DNA of 64,000 nt, taken from the IMG/VR virus record IMGVR_UViG_2518645549_000001, positions 32,001 through 96,000 of that record. One strand, given 5' to 3'. Every line of letters begins with the position of its first letter. Position 1 is the stretch's first letter. Below, piece after piece: positions 1-9,797 of this stretch. Below the pieces are notes generated by a model. The model ran no database searches. It was given only the letters and a program-made list of their open reading frames with translations, and had not been told where the DNA came from. The DNA comes from a virus. Taxonomy: Duplodnaviria > Caudoviricetes. The translations under genes were made by a program, and so were the position numbers.

Positions 1-5
1 TCGAT

Positions 6-464
6 GTGATCGTCCATGGACAGAACTGCCACTGCAACATGGATGACGGCATCGCCAAAACGATTGCCTCATTCTTCCCTGAGGCTCTCTTGGCAGACAT
101 GGCGACCAAGCCATATGACCGATCAAAGCTCGGGACGTACACCAAAGCCGTGGTCCCCCATGGCGTCATCATCAATGCCTATACCCAATACGACTGGTGC
201 GGGTCTCGACCGGGCGGACTTCCCCTCACGGAATATCAGGCGCTGCGCGATGCATTCCGGGCGGCGATGGGCGAGTTTGGCGGACAGGGCCGGCGATGGG
301 GGGTACCTGCTATAGGTGCAGCCCGAGGTGGCGGTGACTGGGGCGTTATCAGCGAAATCATCGATGAGGAACTGGCGGGTGAAAACGTCACCTTTGTCGA
401 GTTCGATGGGCCAGACAGCGCCTATGGCGACTACCGGCGAAACATGAGGCGACCCCATGGTTGA
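6..464 (+). CDS. Macrodomain (ADP-ribose-binding/hydrolase) protein, 5' end probably upstream of window
   Basis: DVIVHGxNC..M..GIA, INAYTQY and PAIGA..GGGDW motifs typical of phage macrodomains. Confidence 0.8.
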   Translation: MIVHGQNCHCNMDDGIAKTIASFFPEALLADMATKPYDRSKLGTYTKAVVPHGVIINAYTQYDWCGSRPGGLPLTEYQALRDAFRAAMGEFGGQGRRWGVPAIGAARGGGDWGVISEIIDEELAGENVTFVEFDGPDSAYGDYRRNMRRPHG

Positions 465-1014
465 TACCGTCGCATTGACCAAGGTCGTGTGCCAGGTCGT
501 GGTCGAGGCCACTGGGCTGCCGGCCAACAAGGTGATCGTCGGCGACCCGGGCACATCGGCACCATCAGGCACCTACGCCGCCGTACGCATCGACAGCCCT
601 GCCCAGTTCGGTCAGGCGCTCAAGACGCAGCGCAACGTGCCCGCCACCGATGACCCGCGCTTCGAGGACATCATCGAGCGCGTGGCCACCCAGTTCACCA
701 TCGGGTTCAGCGTCAACATCTACCGCGCCGGCGCCATGGGCATGGCCATGTCCCTGTGCGAGGCGAACAAGCGCGAGCCGATCAAGACCATACTGCGCCG
801 CGCCAAGCTGGGCTGGTCCCGCGTATCTCCCATCAACAACCTGACCGGCCTCTACCAAGCGGCTATGGAAGAGCGTTCGCAGGTCACCCTGTACCTCTAC
901 GGCGAATCCGTAGCTGAAGACCGCATCCAGCGGATCTACCGCGTCGGCTTCGAGGTTCAAACCGAACAATCTGGCGCCATCGCGCAAGGGGAAGTAAATG
1001 CCTTATCCGGCTGA
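457..1014 (+). CDS. Neck/tail-completion protein
   Basis: 185 aa, immediately upstream of and overlapping the sheath gene. Confidence 0.65.
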   Translation: MVDTVALTKVVCQVVVEATGLPANKVIVGDPGTSAPSGTYAAVRIDSPAQFGQALKTQRNVPATDDPRFEDIIERVATQFTIGFSVNIYRAGAMGMAMSLCEANKREPIKTILRRAKLGWSRVSPINNLTGLYQAAMEERSQVTLYLYGESVAEDRIQRIYRVGFEVQTEQSGAIAQGEVNALSG

Positions 1015-2125
1015 GAACATCATCAACATCGTCACGAACATCCGTGCGGCCGGCCTGGGCACTGCCAACTTTGGCGCGGGCATGGTCTTCGCGGACTTCG
1101 ACTCGTCCACGGACGCGACCTTTGCCGAGGGCTCGTACCGAGACTACGGCGGGGTCTCGGCGGTCGCAGCTAACTTCAGTATCGCGTCCGACCCATACCT
1201 CGCTGCGCTGGCCTGGTTCTCGGCGGTGCCGAAGCCTCGGTCCCTGCGCATCTACCTGCGCCAGGAGAATGACAGCCCGGTCGAATCTCTCAATGACGCC
1301 ATCAACAAGCGCATCTGGTTCTACTGGTTCGAGTTCGAGACCACCATCCGCGCGAACGACGCCGATGTGCTGGCCCTGATTGCCGCCGGCGATGCAGCCG
1401 GCAAGTTCTACGCGGGCACCACCAACCAGGCGGATGTGCGCACTCCAGGCCTGGCCACCGACATCGTCAGCAAGGCCAAGCTGCAGGGTTCGCGCCGGGC
1501 TTTCCTGCTCAGCCATGCCACCGCCCCGTACGCCGGTTTCGAGCTGGGCGCAGTGTTCAGCCGGGTCAACTTCAACGCCGCGAACTCGACCATCACCGGC
1601 GAGTTCAAGAAGCTGCCCGGCATCGTTGCCGAAGACCTGACGAACACCGCCTACAGCGCGATGAAAGAGAAAGGCGCGCCGTTCTATACGATCGTCGAAA
1701 CCGGTGGCCAAGTGGATGCCGGCCGGGTGATCAACTCCAAGTCGACCTCCAGCTACGGCGAGTTCATCGACGACGTGTTCAACCTGGACGGCTTCGTCAA
1801 CACGCTGACCGTCAACGTGTACAACGCCTTGGCCAATGCCAAGAAGCTTGGGCAGACTCCGGACGGGCAGCAGGTACTGATTGATGCCGCATCCCAAGTT
1901 GGGCAGCGCTACATCGACAACGGATATCTGGGTCCTCGCACCTACACCGACGACGAAACCGGCGAAGAGAAGCTCAGCGATGGCTGGCTGATGCTCAGCA
2001 AAGCTGAAGACATTCTCAGCATTTTGGACGCAGAGCGGTCAGGTCGTTTCTCGGCCCCAATACGCATGCGGGTATTCCGTGCCGGCGCAATTCACGCCGT
2101 AGACATCACCGTCGACGTCGAATAA
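998..2125 (+). CDS. Tail sheath protein (DUF3383-like)
   Basis: IINIVTNI N-terminus, FKKLPGI, FIDDVFNLD, C-terminal AGAIHAVDITVDV. Confidence 0.85.
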   Translation: MPYPAENIINIVTNIRAAGLGTANFGAGMVFADFDSSTDATFAEGSYRDYGGVSAVAANFSIASDPYLAALAWFSAVPKPRSLRIYLRQENDSPVESLNDAINKRIWFYWFEFETTIRANDADVLALIAAGDAAGKFYAGTTNQADVRTPGLATDIVSKAKLQGSRRAFLLSHATAPYAGFELGAVFSRVNFNAANSTITGEFKKLPGIVAEDLTNTAYSAMKEKGAPFYTIVETGGQVDAGRVINSKSTSSYGEFIDDVFNLDGFVNTLTVNVYNALANAKKLGQTPDGQQVLIDAASQVGQRYIDNGYLGPRTYTDDETGEEKLSDGWLMLSKAEDILSILDAERSGRFSAPIRMRVFRAGAIHAVDITVDVE

Positions 2126-2137
2126 GGAGTTTGAAAA

Positions 2138-2542
2138 ATGGCAGTAGCTGATTTCTCTGCGGAGAACTGCGTCCACGTCATTACCGGTGTTGGCGTAATC
2201 GATGACTGGGGCCGCACGGACCCACCCGCCACGATCGAGTACATCGATGAAAACGGGGTTTTGATTCGAGGCCTGGGCGGCAACGCTGTGCGATTTCACC
2301 GCAAAAATCCTGGCGTCCGCGTCACCTACAACCTGATGCCAGGTAGTCCTCAGGCGCTTGCGCTGCAAGCTCAGGTCAATGCCAAGTCGGAGATATCGGG
2401 GTCCTACGCCTCTATCGCAGGTTTAGAGGGCGCTGTTTTCTCCGAGGGCATCATCACACGTGGCAAGTCCATGGCGCGCAGCGGGCCTGGACTCAACGAT
2501 GCAACCTTCGTCCTGGAGTTTAACAAGGCGAAAATCGTATGA
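2138..2542 (+). CDS. Tail tube protein
   Basis: 134 aa after sheath, strong RBS (AAGGAG). Confidence 0.75.
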   Translation: MAVADFSAENCVHVITGVGVIDDWGRTDPPATIEYIDENGVLIRGLGGNAVRFHRKNPGVRVTYNLMPGSPQALALQAQVNAKSEISGSYASIAGLEGAVFSEGIITRGKSMARSGPGLNDATFVLEFNKAKIV

Positions 2543-3018
2543 CCCAGGCTAAGGACTACATCCGCAAGATAGAGCACGAGGGTGTGACCTACACCTTTGG
2601 TATGCCCAGCGCTGAAAAGCAGCGCGCGGTGCTGTTCCGTCTCGGAAAGTACGGGGTCGAGCCACTAATTCGTGGCCTGGCGCAGGCCGAGCTCGGCGCC
2701 GCATCTTCGGTAGCCATCGCCGGACAGATCGTTGGGGTAATGCTGTCTCGCATCCCAGAGGATGATTTCAACTTCATCTGCGACACGATGCTTTGCCAGC
2801 TTCACGCCGGCGGCGAGCTGCAGTCGATCAACCACTTTTCAGGTCGCCTGAAGACCTACTTCACCCTGGTGGTTCTGGCCCTCGGGAACGTGTTCGAGGA
2901 TTTTACCGGACTCCTGACCCTCTTCCAGAGCTCTACCGGTTCAGCCGGGGAGCCCGGGGCGAGTCAGGAGAACGCCTCAACCCAGCCATCGACTGGGATC
3001 TCTGGCGACCCTGCGTAG
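2539..3018 (+). CDS. Tail assembly chaperone
   Basis: Between tube and tape measure. Confidence 0.7.
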   Translation: MTQAKDYIRKIEHEGVTYTFGMPSAEKQRAVLFRLGKYGVEPLIRGLAQAELGAASSVAIAGQIVGVMLSRIPEDDFNFICDTMLCQLHAGGELQSINHFSGRLKTYFTLVVLALGNVFEDFTGLLTLFQSSTGSAGEPGASQENASTQPSTGISGDPA

Positions 3019-3170
3019 GGATCCCCGGGGTTTGCCCTCCGCTCTGCACCTACAAAGACCTCACTGACGGCACCTACTCGCTGGGCTGGGTCAAGCGCGC
3101 CAACCTGGCGATGGATGAAATGCTGTACGTGCGGCAGCTGCACGACGAGAGCCGGAGAGCGAACCCGTGA
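2898..3170 (+). CDS. Tail assembly chaperone extension (-1 frame, probably by frameshift)
   Basis: Open -1 frame ...IDWDLWRP..LCTYKDLTDGTYSL..ANLAMD abutting tape measure start; candidate slippery G GAT TTT at 2898-2904. Confidence 0.6.
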   Translation, partial: GFYRTPDPLPELYRFSRGARGESGERLNPAIDWDLWRPCVGIPGVCPPLCTYKDLTDGTYSLGWVKRANLAMDEMLYVRQLHDESRRANP

Positions 3171-4969
3171 AAGTACTTGAGAGCTTCCTGATCGCCCTAG
3201 GCATCAAGGTCGATGAGAAATCGTTCCAGAAGGCCGACGCGGCTTTCGGCGGGCTCACCAAGTCAGCGCTGCAGTTCGGCGCCGTGCTGGCAAGCAAGCT
3301 GGCCATCGACAAGGTGGTGGGCGACTTCAAGAACGCCGGCACCGAGCTGAACAACTTCAACCGACTGACCGGGCTCAGCACCCAGAATGTGCAGGCCCTG
3401 GGCCAGGCTCTGGCCGCTCAGGGTGGGAATGCGCAAGACGCCTTCGCAGCCATGCAGAAGATCCAGGACCTTATGGCATCCCCAATCACGGGAAATGTCG
3501 GCTGGTTTGGCGATGTGGCCAAGCTGGGGCTCGATCCGAACGCCATCATCGGCGCTCAGGACACGGCCGAGGCACTGGCCAACATCGCGGGTGCCTTCGA
3601 GAAAATGACGCCGCTGAATCAGCGCCTCGCCGGCCAGGCCTTGGGCTTCGACGAGAACACCATACGCCTGCTGATGAAGGGGCGCGACGAGGTCGAGAAG
3701 CAGCTGGATTCCCGCAGCAAGCTGGGGATCATGACTCAGAAGCAGGTAGAAGACGCCGCACGCCTTACCAAGGCGAACGCTGAGCTCAACCTGGTGTTCA
3801 CCGACATGGGTAACACGATCGCGGGCGAGCTGGTGCCTGCCTTTGCCGAGCTGGCTGAGGACTTCACCGCCTTCTACCGCGACAACAAGGACCTAGTGGA
3901 CTCGGGGCTTGAGGCCTTCTTCGGGACCCTGGCCAAGAACGTCGAACTGGTTTCAGCAGCCCTGATCCTTATGGGTGGCGCCAGCGCATTGAAGGGCCTT
4001 GCGGCGCTTCGGGCGCTTGTCGGCCTTGGCGGCGTAGCTGGTGCAGCCGGTGCTGCTGGCGGTTCGGCAGCGGCTACAGCTGGCGCCTCGGGCCTTGCCA
4101 TCGCGGGAGGCAGCGCGGCTGCGCTTCTGTACTCCTCCAGCCTGAACGAGGGCGAAGACAAGGAGTTAATCAACAACCGGATTAGGCGGGGCCAGTCCGA
4201 GGCAGCTGCCGCGACCATCGACTTCTTTCGCGCGAAAGGCTGGTCAGAGGATCAGGCCAAGGGAATTGCCGCCAATCTGGAGCAGGAAAGCAACTTCCAG
4301 CCAGATGCAGTCGGTGACGGCGGAAACGCCTACGGCATGGCGCAGTGGCACCCCGACCGGCAAGCCAACTTCGCCAAGTTCTCCGGCAAGGACATTCGCC
4401 AATCAACCGCGCAGGAGCAGCTGGAGTTCATCCACTACGAGCTCACGCGCGGGGGTGAGAAATCGGCCGGTGAAAAACTGAAGATGGCCACCAGCGCCCC
4501 GGAAGCTGCCGGAATCGTCTCCCAGTACTACGAGCGCCCAGCTGATACCAACGGTGAGATAACCCGCCGCGCGGCCATTGCCGAGTCATATGGCGGATCG
4601 CCAGAGCCTAAGCCAGAGGCTGCGCCTGTCATTGATCTGAGCAAGCCCGAAGAGTGGAAGAAGATCCAGGGCGAGCTGAGCAAGTCCTCGAACAATGGCC
4701 CTGGACTTATCGAGCAGCTGGAGTCATGGGCTAAGGCCCAGCGAAAGGCGCCTGAACAGTACAGCGCTAGCGACGTTGTAACGCCAGTAGCTGCCCCTGC
4801 CGCTGCGCAGGACGCGCCCGCACGGCCCGCGCAGCAGGTCCAGAACGTGGATAACCGCCAGTTCCATATCCATGGGGCCGACATTGGCAAGGTGAAGCAG
4901 GTGCTTAACGAAGAAATGGCCACGCTGATTAATCACACCTCTGAAAACTTCAAGAGTGCAGAAAAATGA
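3167..4969 (+). CDS. Tape measure protein with tail lysozyme domain
   Basis: Ala/Gly-rich helical N-part; GIAANLEQESNF...AYGMAQW..DR lysozyme motif. Confidence 0.85.
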   Translation: MKVLESFLIALGIKVDEKSFQKADAAFGGLTKSALQFGAVLASKLAIDKVVGDFKNAGTELNNFNRLTGLSTQNVQALGQALAAQGGNAQDAFAAMQKIQDLMASPITGNVGWFGDVAKLGLDPNAIIGAQDTAEALANIAGAFEKMTPLNQRLAGQALGFDENTIRLLMKGRDEVEKQLDSRSKLGIMTQKQVEDAARLTKANAELNLVFTDMGNTIAGELVPAFAELAEDFTAFYRDNKDLVDSGLEAFFGTLAKNVELVSAALILMGGASALKGLAALRALVGLGGVAGAAGAAGGSAAATAGASGLAIAGGSAAALLYSSSLNEGEDKELINNRIRRGQSEAAAATIDFFRAKGWSEDQAKGIAANLEQESNFQPDAVGDGGNAYGMAQWHPDRQANFAKFSGKDIRQSTAQEQLEFIHYELTRGGEKSAGEKLKMATSAPEAAGIVSQYYERPADTNGEITRRAAIAESYGGSPEPKPEAAPVIDLSKPEEWKKIQGELSKSSNNGPGLIEQLESWAKAQRKAPEQYSASDVVTPVAAPAAAQDAPARPAQQVQNVDNRQFHIHGADIGKVKQVLNEEMATLINHTSENFKSAEK

Positions 4970-5610
4970 GTATCGCCGATGGGGTCATGAGCATCTTTTC
5001 CAAAACGCTGCCCATGCTTGGCCCCATTGAGTTCGATGCCAAGCTTGAGGGTGCAACCAGCAAGTCCGTGCAGTTGACTGAATTTCCAGTTGAGTTCGGA
5101 ACTAACGGTATTGACCACGCTAGACTTCGCCCGGACCGATATCTTCTGACCGGCGCCGTTTCCAATACTCCTCTAGGGCTATCGCTGGGCGAGATAGGAG
5201 TAATGGGTGACCTTGGCGCGGCTCTTGGCGGCGCCTCCCCATCGACGAGCATTGGGGGTGCAATAGGCTCATCTGTGGCAGCCTATCTTTTAGCGGGAAG
5301 TGAAAATACCAGGGCAGCGACTGCCTGGGCTGCACTGACTGCGCTGCTCAAGTCTCGATCAAGGTTTGATCTAGTGACTGAGTACGAAACTCTGGCGAAC
5401 ATGGTTCTGATTAGACTGGATCAGCGGACCCGGCCCGATGACGAAGACGGTTTGGTTTTCGTGGCTGAATTACAGCAAGCCCCGGTCGTCAAGTCGCAGG
5501 TCACGCGCGGCGTCACCTCTGCCGAGCAGCTTCTGCAACAGGACCCTGTGGCAACCCAAGGCGCACCGATGGTTACCTCGGGCTATGCCTCGGTTGAGGT
5601 GATGCCATGA
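4966..5610 (+). CDS. Tail tube initiator/baseplate protein
   Basis: TEFPVEFG..IDHA motif, position after tape measure. Confidence 0.65.
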   Translation: MSIADGVMSIFSKTLPMLGPIEFDAKLEGATSKSVQLTEFPVEFGTNGIDHARLRPDRYLLTGAVSNTPLGLSLGEIGVMGDLGAALGGASPSTSIGGAIGSSVAAYLLAGSENTRAATAWAALTALLKSRSRFDLVTEYETLANMVLIRLDQRTRPDDEDGLVFVAELQQAPVVKSQVTRGVTSAEQLLQQDPVATQGAPMVTSGYASVEVMP

Positions 5611-5909
5611 GCCGCTACAGGGTCCAATTGCAGGCGCTCCCAGCTCAAACGTTCACCGCCCAGCTTGGTGCGAACACCCTGACGGTCGAGCTCCAATGGG
5701 CCGCTCGCCTGCAGGTGTTCCAGGTGAACATCCGGGCGGCGTCAGGCGCTCTGCTTACGGCTGGGCGGTACCTGCTGCCTGGAGTTGATCTTCTGGCCGG
5801 GCTCTACCCGCCGTCAAAGGTCGAATACGGATCGCTGACGCTGGAAGGCGCTCAGCCGACGCCGGACAACCTCGGAAAAGACAACCTCTTGGTGTGGTCG
5901 GATGAGTGA
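5607..5909 (+). CDS. Baseplate protein
   Basis: 100 aa, coupled by ATGA overlap; PTPDNLG..NLLVW C-terminus. Confidence 0.6.
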   Translation: MSRYRVQLQALPAQTFTAQLGANTLTVELQWAARLQVFQVNIRAASGALLTAGRYLLPGVDLLAGLYPPSKVEYGSLTLEGAQPTPDNLGKDNLLVWSDE

Positions 5910-6837
5910 AGAAATCTACCTGCGCCGGTACCGCCTGAAGCTTGGGCGTGACTCAGGCGGCCGCGTGTACGAGATGAACCCTGACGGCGACGGCCTGCGG
6001 ATCACCTTTCAGATAATTCACTTCGCCGGCAATGCCTTCAGCGTGGCCGAGATCACGATCTACAACACCTCTGCCTACTCCACCCGCCAGATGCTTGGCG
6101 ACGGTATCGCCAAGAAATACGAGTTCATCTCGCTGGAGGCTGGTTATGCCAGCACCTTCGGCAGTGTGTTCCTGGGGCAGATCACCAACGTCCAGAAAGT
6201 CATGGAGGACGGCGGATCAACAAGGGGCGTGAAGTTCTTCTGCCGCTCGCAGGCCAAGGAGCGGGACGAGCGGATCATCAACCTGACCCTTTCGCCTGAA
6301 ACCGACCCCGTCCAGATCATCGAGGAGTGTGCGCAGCGTTTCGGCGGAGAGATTCAGTTTTTCGGTGATTTCGCAGACCTCAAGCGCAGGTCAGGCGGCA
6401 CCGTGCTTCAAGGCAGCCCTGTCGCCTGCATGAACGAACTGGCCGGCACCTGGGAGTTCGATTGGATGATCGAGAACGGCGCCACCAAGATCATCAAGAA
6501 AGGCTTCGCCATGCCCAACGAGGTGTTCGTCATAAACGCAGCCAGCGGAATGATCGGCTCCCCGGTGGTGACCGACACAGAGGTGGGAATCAGGTGCGCG
6601 CTCAACCCCAAGCTCAAGCTGGGCAACACAATCAAGCTCGAATCCATGGCCCCGCAGTTTGAATTCTCCGGGGCTTTTTTCTATGAGGTCCCACGCACCA
6701 TCGGCGAGGGCTTCTACCGAATCAACTCCCTGGCCATCCTCGGTGACTCACACGGCGACGAGTGGGAAACCCAGATCAGCTGCTTGCGGCTGGACACCAT
6801 GGCCCAGGCCGGCATATCCGAAAGGGCTACCCGATGA
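5902..6837 (+). CDS. Baseplate hub protein
   Basis: AEITIYN, SLEAGY, GMIGSP motifs; synteny. Confidence 0.75.
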   Translation: MSEEIYLRRYRLKLGRDSGGRVYEMNPDGDGLRITFQIIHFAGNAFSVAEITIYNTSAYSTRQMLGDGIAKKYEFISLEAGYASTFGSVFLGQITNVQKVMEDGGSTRGVKFFCRSQAKERDERIINLTLSPETDPVQIIEECAQRFGGEIQFFGDFADLKRRSGGTVLQGSPVACMNELAGTWEFDWMIENGATKIIKKGFAMPNEVFVINAASGMIGSPVVTDTEVGIRCALNPKLKLGNTIKLESMAPQFEFSGAFFYEVPRTIGEGFYRINSLAILGDSHGDEWETQISCLRLDTMAQAGISERATR

Positions 6838-7520
6838 GCGACCCGTTAGCATCCCGCACGCGGGAGCAGTTCGCGAAGATGCTGCGCGATATCTTCGGCG
6901 AGTACCTCAAGGACAACGTTCGCACCAGCGTCCCCGGCCACGTCCTGAGCTTCGACCCGGCCAACCAGCTGGCCGAGGTGCAGATCGGGCTGATGATCGA
7001 GGACAGACAAGGCAACGCAGAGGCCCGCCGCCCCATCGTCCGGGTGCCAGTGCAGTTCTGGGGAGCCTCTGGCGGCACGCTAGAGTGCCGAGTCTCCCAA
7101 GGCACCGAGGGCTCCATCATGTTCTCGCAGGAGTGCATCGACTCCTGGGTAGATCAGGGCGGCGTGGCTGCCAAGTCCGAGCCGCGGCGCTTCTCCATCA
7201 ACGACGCCTACTTCATGCCTGGTGTCCGATCTGTACCGGGGGCGATCAAAGATTTCGCCAATGACGGCATCCGGCTTCGAAACAACAGCGGGTCGATGTA
7301 CGCCTGGCTGAAGGATGACACGTCAATTTCACTGAGCAACGGCGCCGGGTTCATCACCATCGGTGCCGACGGCACGGTGAATATCAACGGTGTGACCATC
7401 AGCCCAGCAAGCCTCGTTACGACCCCGAACGACGTTGTAGCGGGCGAGATCAGCCTCAGGCTGCATCGGACCTCTGGCGTCCAGCAAGGCACGCAGATCA
7501 GTGGAGTACCCGTCCCATGA
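6834..7520 (+). CDS. Baseplate spike (gp138/gpV-like)
   Basis: RTSVPGHVLSFD, IDSW, C-terminal ISLRLH..GVQQG. Confidence 0.8.
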   Translation: MSDPLASRTREQFAKMLRDIFGEYLKDNVRTSVPGHVLSFDPANQLAEVQIGLMIEDRQGNAEARRPIVRVPVQFWGASGGTLECRVSQGTEGSIMFSQECIDSWVDQGGVAAKSEPRRFSINDAYFMPGVRSVPGAIKDFANDGIRLRNNSGSMYAWLKDDTSISLSNGAGFITIGADGTVNINGVTISPASLVTTPNDVVAGEISLRLHRTSGVQQGTQISGVPVP

Positions 7521-7882
7521 CCGTGCGCAAGCTAGACGCCAACGGCGACTTGGCCATGGGTCAGGACAAGCTGCTGACCGGCTACTCAGCCGAAGAGGTA
7601 GCTCAGAACGTCCGTACCCGGCTCAAGCTCTTCCTGGGCGAGTGGTTCCTGAATACGGCGGACGGCACCGACTGGTTCGGCGGCGTGCTAGGCAAAGGCT
7701 CGCGCCTGGCCACCCGAGAATCGATCATCCGCCGCCGCATCCTGCTCACACCTGGCTGCGTCGGTATGACGGCCTTCAGCGTCACCTCGGATGCAGTAAC
7801 CCGCCAACTCACCGTGGCCGCGACCATCATCAGCGCCTCAGGCGAGAGCGCCGACATCAACTTCGTACAGGCAATCGTCTAA
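7517..7882 (+). CDS. Baseplate wedge subunit (gp25-like)
   Basis: VAQNVRTRLKLFLGEWFLNTADGTDW. Confidence 0.8.
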   Translation: MTVRKLDANGDLAMGQDKLLTGYSAEEVAQNVRTRLKLFLGEWFLNTADGTDWFGGVLGKGSRLATRESIIRRRILLTPGCVGMTAFSVTSDAVTRQLTVAATIISASGESADINFVQAIV

Positions 7883-9141
7883 TGGCCGAAATCAATGACC
7901 AGGGCATCACGGGCACTTCGCTGAATGAGTACTTGGCCGACCTGCAGACCCGGACGCTCGCGATAGACCCGGATTGGAACCTTGACCCTGATACGCCGGA
8001 TGGCGAAAAGCTCGGTATCGACGCCGAGATGCTGGCCAACCTGGACGAAGGCATCGTGGCCGCCTACCGGGCCAAGGACCCGGACAGCGCGACGGGTGAG
8101 GCCTTGCGCAACATCGGCAAGATCTCCGGCGTTGCCATCCGCGATGCAACCTACTCGGTCGCGCCGATCACCATTACCGGCCCGGCCGGAACCGTTCTGC
8201 CGGCAAACTCGCAGATTCGCAGCAAGGTCGACAACACACTCTGGCTGACCACCGCTGCGATCGTGATCGGTGTCTCGCAGAGCGCCACCGGCTTCGCTAC
8301 CTGTGTTACTCCCGGTCGCGTGCTGGCTGCAGCCGGAGAGCTGACAGTGATCGGCACCCCATACCCTGGTTGGTCATCGGTGACCAATGCCGCCGCCGCC
8401 CCGGGCGAAGATGCTGAATCGGACGTTGAATTCCGTGCCCGGAGAAACAATTCGGTGTCGCTGCCTGGCAGCAACATGAAGGACAACATGAAGGCCGCCA
8501 TCGCTAATGTTCCTGGTGTAACGGCTGTAGAAGTCCTGGAGAACAACAGCGATGAGCCGGTCGACCCGGACGGCATTCCTTACACAGCCATCGCGGTCAT
8601 CGTGAACGGCGGTACCGACCAGGGTATCGGCCAGGCCATGTATTCGAAGTACAATCCTGGCACCCCGATGTACCCGCGCTACAGCACCAAGACCGATACC
8701 TGGGTGGACCCGCCAGGCACGACAGGCGCCAAAGTCCAGATCACTTCGCCCGCAACGGGCAACATCGAGACGATGACCTTTCAGCGTGCAGTGGCCCTAC
8801 CGATCTACGTTACGGTCGCGGTGCAGCGCAAGGGAAACCTGCCAAGCGACATTGAGCAGCGGATCAAGGACGCCATCGTCGAGGATTCGACCAAGAAGCT
8901 GTTCTCCGATGACCAGGTGAAGGGCTTCAACCAGGGCGGCTATGACATTGGCGAGGTGGTGCCCGTTGGGCGCCTGTACACCCCAGTAAACAAGGTGCTG
9001 GGCCAGTACGGCGACAGCTACATCACCAGTTTGACCATCGGCTTGAGCGCCGGCAGTCAGGGTGTAACGCCCATCCAGCCGGGTATAGCAGAGCTGGCCA
9101 CCTTCGACCCTGACAACATCACGGTATCGGTGCCGCTATGA
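7882..9141 (+). CDS. Baseplate J-like protein
   Basis: DPDSATGEAL, PGEDAESDVEFRARR; start taken at TAATG overlap. Confidence 0.85.
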   Translation: MAEINDQGITGTSLNEYLADLQTRTLAIDPDWNLDPDTPDGEKLGIDAEMLANLDEGIVAAYRAKDPDSATGEALRNIGKISGVAIRDATYSVAPITITGPAGTVLPANSQIRSKVDNTLWLTTAAIVIGVSQSATGFATCVTPGRVLAAAGELTVIGTPYPGWSSVTNAAAAPGEDAESDVEFRARRNNSVSLPGSNMKDNMKAAIANVPGVTAVEVLENNSDEPVDPDGIPYTAIAVIVNGGTDQGIGQAMYSKYNPGTPMYPRYSTKTDTWVDPPGTTGAKVQITSPATGNIETMTFQRAVALPIYVTVAVQRKGNLPSDIEQRIKDAIVEDSTKKLFSDDQVKGFNQGGYDIGEVVPVGRLYTPVNKVLGQYGDSYITSLTIGLSAGSQGVTPIQPGIAELATFDPDNITVSVPL

Positions 9142-9797
9142 AAATGGACCACGTAGCGCGCGCCAAGAAGCGGATCATCAACCAGTACCGCGGCAAGCAG
9201 CGTATGACTCGCTGGCTCACGCTGACGCCGACCATAGCCAATGAGAAGCTTGAGCAGCCGATAAGCCAGATCTACTCGGCCTACGACGTCGACACCGTCA
9301 CCGGTGAGGATCTGGACGTCATTGGCCGGATCGTCGGAGTGCCCCGGCCAATACTGCGCGGCGCAGCCTACGACGTCTTCGGCTACGCCGGGAACGACAA
9401 CTACACCAACTACAACGTCGCGCCCTACATCGGCGACGGCGCTGCGGTGGACGCTCCGCTGAACAATGATCTCTACCGCAAGCTGATCAAAGCGAAGATC
9501 GCCCGCAACGTCAGCGACGGGACAAGCGACAGCATCATCAAGCTGCTGGAAGGTGTTATAGGCGTCAAGGTCACCGCCCTGAACAGTAATGGCGATAGCT
9601 CCTTCGACATTGGCATCGCCTCGGAGCTCGACAACACCACACAGTTCCTGCTGGAAAACTTCGACCTTATCCCAAGGCCGCAGGGCAAACGAATCGGCCA
9701 GATCTACATCCTGCCGACCAACATCGGCGAGATCGAGCGCACATCCAGCCTGATCTTCAACTATGCCAACTTCACCCTGCCTGGAGACGTTTCCTGA
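9138..9797 (+). CDS. Baseplate wedge protein (DUF2612-like)
   Basis: IINQY, GEDLDVIGRIVG, YRKLIKAKI, LIPRPQG. Confidence 0.8.
   Translation: MKMDHVARAKKRIINQYRGKQRMTRWLTLTPTIANEKLEQPISQIYSAYDVDTVTGEDLDVIGRIVGVPRPILRGAAYDVFGYAGNDNYTNYNVAPYIGDGAAVDAPLNNDLYRKLIKAKIARNVSDGTSDSIIKLLEGVIGVKVTALNSNGDSSFDIGIASELDNTTQFLLENFDLIPRPQGKRIGQIYILPTNIGEIERTSSLIFNYANFTLPGDVS

Noticed and set aside
7501-7881. N-terminal extension of baseplate J
   Set aside because: Overlaps the real gp25-like gene; true start is the TAATG overlap at 7882
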